Below are positions 38,301 through 53,300 of a stretch of DNA of 64,000 nucleotides, piece after piece; the stretch's first letter is position 1; every line of letters starts with the position of its first letter. A program made the position numbers and the translations under genes. The stretch comes from Rotaria socialis (taxonomy: Eukaryota), in NCBI GenBank assembly GCA_905331295.1, contig CAJNYD010000459.1:62001-126000 (forward strand), read 5' to 3'. Under the pieces are notes generated by a model. That model was not told the DNA's origin, ran no database searches, and saw only the letters and a list, made by a program, of their open reading frames with translations.

Positions 38301-41300
38301 CGAAGTGGAATCGAGAAAGATAAATATGGCCATGAGTGATTTCAAATTATCAATAATAGATTGAACAGTTAAATGACCCGCATTCGATGAACACAGATCG
38401 TAGATTAGCTTTTCGACATTGGTCCACATTGATTCATATGTTTGTTGTTGAAAATAATCGGTTAAAAATTCTAAAGCTTCATCTTTCCCGGAAAATTTTT
38501 CCTCCATTAAGGATTGAACTAAAGTAACGAGACGATTTCGTTCGTTATCTGAAAAATCATAAGTAGTGTCACTCGCATATCTGATCGTCTTCTCAAGCAT
38601 ATCAGGTGTAACATCGATTGATTTTTCATGTTTAAATCGTTTTATATTAAAGATATCAGATTTTTTACGTTCGATAGATTCAGCTGTGATTTGTCGTTGC
38701 AATTGTTTTGGTGATTTTCGCCAATGCAAAAGCCCGAGTTCATTCAAAATTGTCTTGTTACGTTTTATTTCATGCAATTCCATTAGTAACATCACAATAG
38801 CATATTGTATTCGTGATAGGCCATTTTGTTTGGCTAATTGTCGTAACTGTTCTAATTCTTTTTCCACTTTTGTTAATTCTTCATTTTGACGATCTAACAT
38901 TGTTTCTTCAGCATTTCTTTTAATTATGGTAGTTGGTGGTTGAAATGAAGATGATTCTGTTGGTCGAACAACTTCAGGGATGTTAGTGTTTTGAATGATA
39001 TTATCTAGTTCAGCTTTTGTAATCAATTTAAAATCATCGATTTCATTCGTTGTTAATTGTTCAACTGTTTTAAATTGCGAATAAGCAACATGTTTCAGTA
39101 TATCGTCATTGTACAATTTCATAGTTTCATAGTATGTTTCAACAGATATTTTTATACCATATGTATCGACACTATCCATCGTATATTTCATGATGTTGAT
39201 CAGAAGCTTTGAAATCTGATGCGATTTCTTATAGAAATCGATTTCATTTGTATTTGTTCGATAGCGTAAAATTATTTGTAATAGTTTCGCTTGAATCATA
39301 TGTAGACGATCGATTAGGGTTGATATGAATACATGAAATCTAGTATGTGGATCGACTAAGAATCGTTTCAATTGATTCAAAACAGGATATTGAAATTGTT
39401 TTCTTTCGACTATGTTCAATGTTCGTGCTTTCGCTATTGGTTCTTTTGGTATGCACATTTCTAATGTATCCTCTAGTTTTCTCTCTAACTTTGTTATGAC
39501 TTGTCGACCTAAATCTTGACGTGTTTCGTTAACTAACTTGGCCAGTTGTGAAATATTGATAGGCGCCGATGGTAATGTTTGATTTGCAATCGTCTTTACT
39601 TGATCAACAATTTTCAATAGAAATTCAATGTCTGCGTGAATTTCATTTTCAACAAGATTTTGATAAGTATGTTGTTCATTTCGAATGGTACCTAGTTGTA
39701 CTTGTTTTTGAATCCAATTTTGAACATCGAGATCGAGTTGTTGTAAATAGGTAGGTTCGATCATCGAGTTGAAATCATCATTTATATCAGAATTATGAAA
39801 AATATGTTGTAATGCATATGGTAAGATAAAGTATGCTAAATCATTATCAATGTTCACCGTAATGAATTTTCGTTCTATATCGATATCAGTATCAGTGGAT
39901 CTTTGTTTTATTTCATTCGTAAATCGATCAATTAACTGAACAAAATTTTTGTCGACTGTATTTGAATCCATTTGATGTTCAATCGCAAAATAGCGAAATG
40001 AAATCTTTTGACTGAAATAAGCTATACCAGATTCATTTGTTAAGTACCTATTGTACGAACGTTTATCGATCAGTATAAAATTCGTCAAACGAACGTTGAC
40101 AATAATATCGATTGCATTAGTTGTTTCCAAACAATTATTAATTGTTAAATGTGCATTATCATCTCTGAATACAAACAGAAGAATATTCTGTTCGAACAGT
40201 TCAGGATAGATAAGTTGCATCAGAGTAAGACTTGCACGCCCATGTGCTGTATTAATCTCATCAAAATTGACTTTCTTAAAAACATGCTGCCGAAGAACGT
40301 CAGATTTTAACTGTTTTCGTTCTTCGTCGAGTATATTCGATGATGAATATGTTTGACTTGATTCGTATTCTTTCAAATAGATTTTCGATATGGTGCAGAG
40401 TAACTCATTTATAATATTTTCTTGTCGTCTACAGCCATAGTCATGAATAATTTGAAGCCATCCATTAGCTTCGAACTTTTTCAATTCTTGTCTTAATGGT
40501 AAGAATAAAGTTCTGATATTCTCATTCAGTTGTTCGATATTTTTTAGTGCTGTATCGTGTCTGGCTTTTGTATCATTCAATGTATTTTCTTCTTGTTGAA
40601 CTGTATCTAGTTCTACGTCAATATTTGATGTTTTATCTGATACTGATTCTAGAAGACTATCAATTTTCAGATGAATTTCTGTAATTCTTCTCTTGACGTC
40701 TTCAATATTCTTGACTAGCATGTGCTCTTGAGAGCGGTATCGACTTTGAATATCATCGAGCTGAACTTTACACGATGCTACTTCTTCGTAGATAACATTA
40801 AGTATCGTATGAATGAAATACAAAGAATTCAAGCTGGCAAGTAAATTCGATGAACTCAATAACGTTTGTTGTTCGTCCATTTTCTCTATAAAATCCGATT
40901 TAATCATAAGATTCATCGAAAATTTGCATGCAACATTTAATTCTAATTTCGATGCGGCTAATAAAATAAATTGATCTTCTTTCATTATTGAAAGATACTG
41001 GCATAACTTTAATATGATATCCAATCGTTGATCAGCTGAAGATACTATTGGAATTGATTGTACTTTTTGTAGATGTACGTTGATTAGCTTCAATGCTGCA
41101 TGAAAATCGTTATCGTCATCGTCAACATTCGTTTGGTTTTGTTGCCGAATGAATTCTTGCGTTTGCAAAAGAATGTGTAGATCTTTCTTCGCCATTTGTT
41201 GACATGGAAACGAAACCCATTTCATATATGTTTCCGTGATGAGAAGTTTATCGAGATCATTCTGAATCATAACGCTCCAATGAGCTATAATTGATGATCG

Positions 41301-44300
41301 CGATAGCTTACAGATGATTTGCAATTTTTTCGATAATGAGGAGAGTTTTTGAATTGTGTTGTTCAATCGTTGCAATTCTGAAAGACGATACGGTGCATCG
41401 ATGAATGACGTTTGCTCGACAAAATTAATAATTTGCTTATAACATTCTTGAACAGTGATATCTAATAGATGTAACGAATCTTCAGTATTATCAAGTGAAA
41501 GTAAAATTCTTGTGGACAATAAATATTGATGAATTTTAAGAAGCAATTTTTTCAAATCAGCACCTAGTACCATTGATTGAAGTGCATCATTGAGTAGAAC
41601 TCGTGATCGAATAGTTGAAACTTGCGAAAAGAGATCATCTGAGATGGTTTCCTCTTTGGATTTTAGTAATGGTTGAAGATAATCCAATAAAAACAGACCA
41701 TAATCGATAAAGTCTTCTTTGAGGCACGCTTCTTCGTTAATGTACTGATTGATAACTCTCAAGTGAAGATCTAATGTGCATTCTTCGATTGATGCAATTA
41801 AATCGTGTAGATTCTCTGCTGATCTATACCAGGCCATTTGTTGATGTCGATTTTCTATTCCAACCACGGATGAAAGCATTGGTAGAGTCGTGTAAGTTGT
41901 TTTATTCAGTTCGGCATTCGACAAATGTTGAATGAAGCTTTTGATTAAAGATATTTTTCCACTAGGATTTAAAATCGGATCGAGATAACTTCGAAAGATC
42001 GATGGTTTTAATGCAAATACCGGATCGCGTTCATTCATTGCGTATGTTCGTAGGATACGTGCTGACCGTTTTATATTTTGATAAGATAATTGATACGATG
42101 TAATAAATTGTAAATCTTTAGTGTTCGATAGCTCTTTTGCTGACGCATGCAAACGTAGCAATGTATGCGTGAGTTCTTGGCCCCCATTGATTCCTTGAAG
42201 TTCACCTTTGACAATTTCCGCTAGATCATGTTGATCGACATTGTGAACTGTTAATTCATCATCTAACGGTTGCATCCGTATAATTAAACATCGATTTCTC
42301 CAAGCACTGGATAGTTTATTTGCCATTTTTCGATTATTATTTGCAATGACAAACAATCGAAAATCATTATGAATACCGTTTCCACGACTGTACTGTTGAG
42401 ATGTTGCTGATTCGTATAAAGTTAATGTTGGTTCAGCTTCAGCTAACGAATTCAAACGTTCGATAACATCTCCACGAGCACAATTAACATTATCTAATAG
42501 AATCCAATCACCACGTTCCATAGCTTGTATTAAAGGTCCTTTGTTAAAAGTAAATGTCAGCCCTTCGCCAAGGTTTTGCACCAATTTATAGTCGTCTTCA
42601 ACTTGTTCAAGTATATCGAGATATTTTTCTATTTCTTGTGAAATCAGTTCGACATATGTTTCGTGCGAATGCTGTAACGCATTTTCCAATAATATTCGAC
42701 ATTGTTTGTAGGCATCAAGAGCAAGATCATTCTTTTCTATAAGAATCAATAAGAAAAAGAAAATTTTTAATTCTAGAAATTATAGCAATATGAACATTTA
42801 CTATTGTTAAATGTGAGGTTTTCATGAGAGCAATCATTTTGTCAGATCTCTATACAAATTAGCTATAGATGGAGCGACACTGTTTTTGCTTATTTAGATT
42901 CAGAAATTAGCACTTCACACACATATATGAAGTCATCTTGGTAATGATCGTATGAGAAAACGAGTATAATTAAATGGTACTTTCAGAATAGGAAATATCT
43001 GAATTGATCTGGGAGGGGTAATCGAGCAGCTATGCCCAAATATTTTCAATTTTGACGCCGCACCAGTTGGATGCGCATTGACATGAACAGAGTGGAGATA
43101 GTTCATCAGAAAATGTGTCCTTTTATATTTCTATCTTACGTGTACATTTCCTATCAATGTCATAATGTTGAACTACATCTGAACTCAATGGGTACGAATG
43201 GTTGTGATTGTTATAGATGGAACTTCTATGATTTATCTCATGTCTACAATAGGATTCATCCAACACTCACATTCAAATCCATATGATATGGATGTGCAGT
43301 GTCGGTGTACTGACCACCCACTACGCCAACACTGTTCCCCAGGGAGTACTGACTACACCGGGAGAGTGTGCAGTAGAACACCGACCACACTGTCACCGGT
43401 GTCACTGAAACACTGAAGATAGGGACACTGACGGCACCGACACTGCACACCTCTATCCATATTGAGACTAGCGTATCTATGGTTCTAGCTGCATCAGTCT
43501 GACTTCTTTATCATGGTTCCCGATTCAATCAACTTCAATTATTAGTGTTTCTGTACATAGTAAACAGTTAATTATAACTAACCGTGTTCCCATTGAAAAA
43601 GCATACGTGCTATTGTACGAATCAATTGTTCGGATTCGTCAAATTTTTGTAACAATGGTATAAGTACAGCCAATGCAAAACGAATGATGTCATTGAGTAG
43701 TTGTTTACTATTCTGTTTGCGACGTTTATCATAAGAATGTTTATTGATCACAGTCCACGAGCCCAGCAAATCTGATGTTGTTGTTTCATGATTGAGATTC
43801 AATACCAATAAGCGTCGCCCACATATGCGAGCTAATTCACAAACAGTAGCTGTTTTGCCCGAACAATCACCTCCTTCAATCAAAACTGTCGCTTTACTCA
43901 CTGTAGCTGCTGCTAATAGTTGTAGTCTTTCCAATGTTCGTTTGCTATGAATGCATGGCCTGTACGTCGACGGATATTCTTTTTTCTCGATATAGACGAA
44001 GCCGAGTCGTGTATAACCTTGCAAATTTAAATCACTATCAATCAATTCTTGGCAACTCGCTGCTCCAGTGGGCGTATCCAAAGTAAAATGCTGTCGTATC
44101 ATTTCACGAACTAAAGTTTGATCGGCAACGTATTCGAACCGAGAGGCATAGACAATATCCAAGTAAACATGTAGACTACGAATTATGTTCTGTTCTTCGA
44201 TTTTACCAACACTTTCATCATCAGTTGTATTTGTTATTGGTGGTGTTATCGTTTCTGAAAGACTAATATGAGCTCGATGTGTTACTGAATGTGCTGCAAT

Positions 44301-47300
44301 TAAATTTGATAGTTTTTCAATATCTCGAAGATTAAAATCGTACGGTCCGCCAAGACGACCAATCTGTCGAAGTCGTGCCTTTTCGCTTATTTCAAAATGA
44401 AACATATTTATCTTCTCAACGAGTTTCTCAGTTAGATAGCCTGCATCAAGATGAGGACGCAACAATGAAATGGTGATGTGCATTAATTCATGAACTTCGA
44501 ATGATGCCAATTGAACTTGAATAAAATGTGTTTGAGTTGAACGAGGCAATTTCTCTCGGCCACCACCAATCGAAGCTGGATTCATAGCAGCAACAATAAT
44601 TGAACCATCGATTTGAATCGATTTTGCTAGTGCAGGTATAAACAATTCTTTTTCGTTGCCAAATAATGGTGACAATTGATTTAATAACTCTTTACGTGCT
44701 AAATTTAATTCATCGAATAAAATGACCGTATTTTGACGATCTTCATTCAGTGAAATGTACAACGGTCCTTCTTGAAATTCAAATGATCTTTGTCCACCAA
44801 CAACCCGCGGTACGAACGACCCGATAAGATCTTCAAATGTAGTATTACTACTAAAATTGATACGAACAACATTGTATCCTAACATTTTCGCTAGAACTTC
44901 AATGATTTTTGTTTTACCAACACCTGGCGGACCGGCTAATAATTGTCGATTGGATGAATGTAATGAAAACATGATTCGTGATATATTATTAAAGACAGAT
45001 TTTGTTAGAGCAAGAGGAAATTTAAGTTTGTCAGGTTTAGTTTTTACTTGTGGTGCAAATGGTGCTATCAAACCATTCGATAGAAGACGTAAACCCCAAT
45101 GTTTTCGTAGTTGTTTCGTCTCTTTATCAAATATCATCATATCTTCTACTGCACACCATTCATCAAGTCGTGTATAAACACCTGCTTCTTCGAGTTTTTT
45201 ATCAGTCGTAATACAATCATTGGTGCAATTAAATTCTTTCAGTACATTTTGCCAGACTACATCTGCTGTTTGTAAATTCGAGATAGACGATTTTTTGACT
45301 TCATTGACACCGTCAAGAAATAGAAATTTAACGCAAAGTGCAGCTGCTTGTTCGATAGGCATATGTTCAAGATGTAATTGCAAACATTCACCAAAACGAA
45401 CAAAATGACGGGAATCCAATGAATCGATTTTCATTGCTTGAGCCAATGTTGGAGCAAGTTTATTAGCTAGAATATCGACCATTTTATTCATTTCTAATTG
45501 AATATGTTCATTTTTGACATGATCTAATCGCGATTTTGTTGCTAACTGTTGTAATTCATTGTTGTCATAAGGTAGAACACGTATTTCTGTCATTCTTGAT
45601 CGTGTTGCTGCGCTCAATTGCAAACGATTTTCTGTTTTCTCATCTGTGTGTACAGTTGCAAATACTTGAAATGTCGATAGAATCGGAATTTTAGCACGTT
45701 GTGGATTAATACCGGTTTTTGCTGTTGTTTCTTGAGCAGTAAAGTCTTCGTAGAGAATAAATGATGGTTCAGTTTCAAATAGACTGTTGAGACGTTCAAT
45801 AACAGCCTGCGACGGTTCATTGATATCTTCTAAGATTAAAACTTTACCTTCTTTTACAGCGGTAGTAACTGGACCATCTTGAAATAGAAAGATGTTCGAT
45901 TTTCCTTGTTCGATGGCTCGTCGAATTTCTGCAATGATACTTTCACAACGAGCTTTTATTAGTAGAACACCATTCTCATTCGATGCAAGTTTACATATAT
46001 AATCGAGACGTTCGCAAATAGTTTCAAGTTTAAGACCAACAACTTCGAATGCTTGAGGAACTAGATTGGCACCTTGCTCATCTGAGAATGCGATTGAAGC
46101 AGAAGACGTTGTCATTTGTTGAAAATCATGCTGTGTAGCATCATGAAATGCCAGAAGATTTTGCTCTTCAGTGAGTTCGACTGGTTGTATCATTGCAAAT
46201 GGATCGATATCTTCTTGTCCTTGTGTTCCCAATGGCATGCTCGCAGTATTTTCATAATTAGTTGAGACATTACTATTTTGTATCATGCTGAAAGGATCGA
46301 TTTCTTCTTGTTGATTGTTGACCATTGCAAACGGATCGATCTCTTCTCGTTTATCGATAAACGCTGCAAATGGATCAATTTCTTCTTCTTCTTTATGCGT
46401 ATCGTTCGACATAATATCTATAAGTTGTCCAGAACTGCAAACAGCTTCAAAATCATCATCATCATCATCATTATAGATTATGGATGTGCTCTTTGACATG
46501 GCTGACGGTGATTGTGCTCGCGGAACTGAAACTGTCGATGGTATATATACATACTCTTTCATCTGATCTTCAGTATTTTCATTCAATTGTGTTTCGTTCT
46601 CGCCGTTCTCTAGATATTCGCTTGTATGTGCTATTTTTGTTCGATGTTTTCTCGGCGTTCGTTTTTGTTGTTCTTTTATTTTTCGTACAAATGTATCGAT
46701 ATCTTGAGCTAAGCTATTGATACTTCGTCGGAAATCATTAAAGTCATCGTGTTGACTTGAAGTAATTGTTTCCGAGAAACTCTTTTCTATACGTGTACAC
46801 AGTTGATTTAAACAGTTAAACAATAGATTTAATGCATCAGCATGTGTGTAGGGTCTTGAAAAACAAACAATTTTATGAATATGAAAAGAGAGCTGATCTC
46901 GATAGAACTCACCTGATCGAACCAATCAGATCATTTGTTTCTGTTGATGTTGAACATGTAATTGTGCAAATGTCAGATTCTTTTCCCATTAATTTCGACC
47001 ATAGTTTGATCAAATATGATTTATAACAAGTTGGACCAAGTAGAAGAACTGGTTCATGTTGATCTGTAGCTGCAAATATTCGCCAAAGTGAAAGAAGTAA
47101 ATTTTGTGGTGCCGAAGACAATTGCAGAGTTTTAACTGCATCGATATCGACAAAAGAATAGGATATAGGCAAACGAGGTGCACAATGAAGATCAATATGA
47201 TCAGGTTCAATTTTGATTTTAAACGAAGGATCGATGAGTTCTGGAAACGCTTCCTTGTGCTGGAGACATTTGATGAATTCAGAATAGAATTTTTTCGGTA

Positions 47301-50300
47301 CACGCGATTCTAACAGTCGTAGCGCGTGTTCTTCCCAACTGACATCAGATTTTCGTTGTTTTCGATTAATCCATTTGATAACTTCTCGCATTGTTAAGCC
47401 GAGTTTTGCTGCACCAAATATCGGTCGTTGCGAGTCTTCAACATGACGATTCAGAATAGTCACAGACGATGCTATAAGTGGTGCAAAAATTTTTAAATCA
47501 TTATTGAATGCTTCCGATGCTGTCGAAACAGTTGATGTCGATTTTCGCTGTATAATAATAAATTCGAGTTCTTTTTCAGAGAACGAATGAAATTGAATTT
47601 CTAAAAATCGTGAGCGTAACGTTTTCGGTAATTGTTTTCGTCCAACATAGCTTGTACCGTTTTGTGTTGCAAAAAATCTAAATCCATCACGTGCAACTAA
47701 TGTTTGCCCAGTATTGGGAACAGTTAGTTGCTGTTGACCTTCTAAAATCGGATAGAGAACATTCATAACAGCCGGCTCGGCCAAATCGAATTCATCGGCA
47801 ACAAACCAATTTCCATCTAACATCGCACGTGATAGAGCTCCATTAAGAAATTCACCATTGGGCATATATGAACCAAAATAATCTTGAATCGTAGTTCCTT
47901 TCGTGTTATTGACACGATAGAGAACTTTTCCATTACATTGTGCAATATATTCAATTAAACTTGTTTTACCAGTGGCAGCAGGACCTTCGAGAAGAACCGG
48001 CCGCGCACAAATGATGGATGCACACAGACGTTTCGCTGCTTCGTATCGTGTTGGTGTCGATTCAGAATCAATGATATGTTCGCGATGCTTGTTACGTTCT
48101 TCAATTGGAGCTGATAGATCGAAGAAATTTATTGGTTTGTTTCTGGCTTGTTTTTGTAAATATATTTTAATATTTTCATTTTCGCTTGATGATGTTAAAT
48201 CAATATTGAATACTAGTTCATAGGCTGACAGTAAAACTGAAGATAGATCTAAGTTAAGTCTCTCTGTTGCTTTCGAATGCTGTAATTTGAATGCACAATC
48301 GACGAATTGAACTAATTGTCTTGTTGTTAATTTTTGAGATTGAATTTCCGCGCAAAGCTTATTTATGATGAGTTGCTCATCGATCGGAAAATAAGAAGTA
48401 AACACATTCTTGTAGACATCTAAGGACGATAAGTTTAAACCTTGATAATGAATAATCAAGAATCGATTATATAATGCAGGCGTGAGTTCATGATTTGTTT
48501 CAATCGATGCATTTTGTAGTCGTCCAGTGGGCGGTGACATCGTAGCAATGATACGGAAATTCGGCGACACAGAAACTGGCTCTGTTTCATTATTTTCTAC
48601 TTTTACCCATTGAACTGGCTGTTCAAGAACCGGATTAAGACGTTCGAGAACAGCTGATGATGCTTCAGAAAAGTTTTCAAGAATGAGCCAATGACCTTTC
48701 GCGATGGCTTCACTGACAGCACCATCATGCCATTGTGGCAGTTTTGGATGTGGAACAAGAGAGCCGACAAGTGCTGCTGGTTCCGTTTGCGGAGTTAAAT
48801 ATAAATGTTGGCAATGAACATTAGTCAACGTGGCTATGGCTTGAACAAGATGGCTTTTACCGCAACCTTCAGAACCAACGATTAGAATAGGTTGTGATGG
48901 AGATGATGATAAAATAAATTGTGCGATACGATTTGTCTCATCATCGATATAAAATGATGAGCGAGCCGATGAAAGGGATGCAGCAGCTTCAATTAAAGTC
49001 TCTAAAGGTTCCCGAAACTCCGTTCCAATATATTTAATAATGCTCTCTCGTTGATTTCTATCTCGACATAAGTTTGCATAGGTTTCAACGAGCAGTTCAG
49101 GTAGTGTACTCATATCAGATCCATATCGTCGTTCTAGTACTGATCTGAACAATTCATACGAACAATCGTAAATTTGTGTTATCGGTCCATCATGCAATCG
49201 TTTAAAAATAGCACTATGAATTTTAACGATTTTTTCAATTTCTTGAGTACTCGTTGGCTTTAATATGTGCGATGGCCAATCGTTGAGAACACGTTCGAGT
49301 GTAATCATTGGCATTTGTAATAATAAACGCTTTTGTGAAAGAAATGAAATTGAATTAGCGCTTCGAAAATCTACTACTAATTTTGATGTCGACAGAGGAT
49401 TGATTTGAAATAATTTTTCAATTGACGAAGCAATTTGAATTTGACATTGTCGTTCACGAAATCTTAGACCATAGGTGGCAAAAGCTTGCTCACTGATTAT
49501 TTGACCGAATGTATTTGCGTCAAGACTTTTGACTGATTGCGAAACATTGTTCAACATCTTTTCATAATCACATAAACTTTGACACCATCGAAAAAGTTCT
49601 CGAATTGTTATTTCTGTATAGCTTTTATTTCGTTCCTTGAATTCATTGTCTTTAATGAGATTCATGATAGTTAAATGTAATTTGACCATTTGTGTGGCTT
49701 GTGTAACAAATGGAAATTTTTCGTTTTCTAATCGATTAGCGACAATGCTAGCTAACTCTTCAGTTTGTGGTCCTTCAACAATAAAAATACTGAAACGACT
49801 AAGTAAAGCAGTTGATTGAGCATCACGTGCTCCTTTATATTGGCCAGTTGATGGATTTTGTGTTGCAAAAAGACGAAATTCTGGATGCACTTGATAGACA
49901 CGATAATTTTGTTTGGTTTGATTTTGCTGTTCATTCGTATTTGCATTATCGTCATCTTCGATATTAGGTAATATTAAAACACCTGATTCTAATGCTTGTT
50001 CAATAGCTTGAAGAACATTTGGCGGTGCTAAATTCATTTCATCTAATAAAAGCCAATGGCCATGGCGATATGCAGTTGTGAATGGGCCTTCTTCGTAGTC
50101 CAATTCGATGTCTTGTTGTGTTTTATTAGTATTGGTGACTGTTTTTAATTTAACCGATCCAAATAGCCCACCAATATCAGTTTTTGATGATAGATTAAAA
50201 CGAATCAACGGTTTTTTAAGATCGGCAGCAACATCAAGAATCAAACTACTCTTTCCGACACCAGTTTCTCCTTGTAATAATAAATGAATTGGTGTTCGTA

Positions 50301-53300
50301 TACATTCAATGATTCGTTTACGATTGTTCAACATTGTTTTGGTTTGTACTAGCGACGGTAATGTTCGACGATTAGGTATCAAATGACGAAATTCTTCAGG
50401 ACATGGCCTAATCAAATGTTTTATACCATCTAAACTATTCGAATCTGTTGATGAGCTATCTTCCATCAGAGTTGTTTTCTCTAGATCAGCAGCCAATGCT
50501 TGAAAATCGGATCTTTTTATAAGACGAAATGGTATTTGAGATTTTGAACGTTTCAATTCACGTTCTAAAAGATACATCGACATTGATTGATTTTGCGCTA
50601 ACATTGGTTGTTGATCATGATTTGTATCCAACGATGGTATGGATGATGTTGTTTTCGTAGTGAAATCTTCGTCATTCTGATCTTTCAAACTAGCTAGTAG
50701 TTTCATAAGATCATCGAATTGAATATTCAATGCACGACCAACTAAACGGGCAGTTGACACTCGTACATTTGAATTTTTATGTAAGAGGCCCTGAAGAAAC
50801 ATCGACAATGATTGTTGAATGAACGATGAGAGGAAACTAAATGATGGCATTGAAATCAGATGTACAACTTGATCGAGTTTTTCTCGTAATAATTCAATAA
50901 GATCATGAATATAAATGTCAAAATATTCGAGCGTAGTTGATGGTCGAAGATAAAATGAAAAGTGTGCTTCATTCGATGGAATATAATCAAGTTTTTCTTG
51001 TTCATTTAAATTCTCATTGGTAAATGCCGCCATTATTAATAGATTATTGAGCCATGAATGAATGAGTGCTGGTTGTTTTAATTGAAGAATAAAATTGAAT
51101 AATCGTAACATTTGTTTATATTCAATTGAGAGTAGTACTGTTGATTCGACAATACGCTTCAAATCAACGGCATCAATGATCGAAGTCCTTGTTGCTGTTT
51201 GATTGATCAAATGAAGAATAACCGAAATGGTACATGAAAAAAGACGATGACGAAATGAGGAATTCCATGCTGGTTGATCATTATTATTGGTAGAAAATAT
51301 ACGATCAAGTAAATTACCTATCGTTTTAATGGTACTAGTGAAATCAATATTTTTTAAGCGTAGTTTATGTTGCGATTGTGAATCAAACGCTTTTTCTAGT
51401 AATATGAGAAGTTCTAATACTAATGTTGGATTATCAATTTGATGAGCTTGTATTAACGAGAGAAGAAGATTGAAACTTGTAGATATTTGCCATTGATCAA
51501 AAGCGTATTGACGACATTTTTTCAATAATTCAACAAAATCAATGTGTGCTCGTTGTGCATCAATATTTTCGAGTATAACTTTAATCCAATCTTTTTTCAC
51601 ATGCTTAATGATGAATTTCAATCCTGGAAATGAATTTCGTAGTGTTGAATGCATCAATTGAACGAATAGTGATGTTTGAATTTGTTGACTAAATTCAATG
51701 AAATTTTTATTCGTAATTGTCTGTGATAATTTTAATCGATCGAAATTATGATTGAGAATGTCGACAAAGAATTGGAACCATAATTGATAACGATCGACTG
51801 CTTTTGATACTTCACTTAATTTCATAGCTAACATTGTTAAAAGTAAACAAAGATCATCGATCGGCCAATCCAATAATGGATTCAAGCATGCAGTTAATAG
51901 AATTTCGTCAATATACGAGGTTTCATTTGTAATCATCTTTTGTAATATATTCCTAATAATTGAACATGATATCAGTGGTGGCAAGCTGACATGATTCGAT
52001 TGAGGTAAATCTTGAACAAAGCTAATAAATAATTGTGCACCCATATGTCGTACTTGTTCATCATTGTTAAATAGAAAAAAAAGGAGAAAATCTGTCAGAT
52101 TCATCTCTGCTAACTGATAGTTTGATTCTGTCGTTTCTAAAGTTTTTGTAAATAATTGATGAATCTTTTGTAATAATAATATCCAGCGTACTACAGCATC
52201 GACATCATCATGATTTTGTTGCTGAACGTGTGCATACTTCAATATTTCAGAAAAGGGCGGTAGAAAGGATGGTCGCTCATGAATTTTACTACTATGATAC
52301 ATGAATTCTCTACCATCAGTCCATTTGACTTTACAATCAGCTAGAATGACTTTGGCTTCATTATTGTTCGAACTAGGCATGTAGTGCAATTGATTTAACA
52401 TTTGACTTTTAATGGATGTTAACTGTGATTTTGCTGATAAATTTGTGACATCTACTAATTGTACTTCAAGTATCCGTTGGCGTTGTATGGCAAAAGAAAG
52501 CATCAATGATAGACAATGATCGGCATTTGCAAATGCTTTTAAAATAAATTCTAAATGAAGTAGTAGATTTAAAATATCCTGTAGAAGAGCGAGTTCATCC
52601 GCATTTGTACGTTGCGATTGTCTTGCTTTTTCAATGAAAGAAACGTACTGTTCAGTGATATCCAAAGGAAACGTATTATCATCAGATAACGCATTACATA
52701 GCTGCGAGCCAGGTGCAAATGGAAATGGTTTTCCAGATTGGTAAGAATACGTATTCGTTAATGAACTTTGACCAATTTGCTTACCAAGCCAAGCATTCTT
52801 AGACCATTTGTCAATACTCATAATTGTGGATTCTGGTGGATAAAGCTTTGAACGCGAAATAATAACGGCGATCGAGAATAGATAGTTTTCATTGTTTGAT
52901 ACGGATTGATGGGATATAACTAGATAGAACAATTGAAAGAAAGGCAACGAAAATATGTTGTGCGTCGAATAGAACCGATAACAGGGAACTATCAATGTAT
53001 CAGTGACTAATGAGACGAGAGCTGCATCATCACCGGCTACGCCACTGTGTTGAACTTTATCTTTTAGGTACTTGAATGCTTTGATTAAACATTCAATTTC
53101 AGCTTCATTATCACTTGTCGTTGTCGATGCCGTTGGCGTTGACGACGTTGATGAAGCTGTCAGCGAAAAATTTCGAAGAAGTTCAAGTGCCTTTAATAAA
53201 GGCGATGGATTTACATCGGTCAGTAATTTAACAAAGGAATATGAAAGCTCTCGAACTGGAAAATCTGCATTAGGAGAGCTACCGCTTTTAGCCTGTGACA

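Noticed and set aside
43578..46925. Treating the 1115-aa ORF as an independent gene, or invoking a frameshift at 46909-46925
   Set aside because: A canonical 58-bp GT-AG intron explains the frame change and restores a conserved motif.
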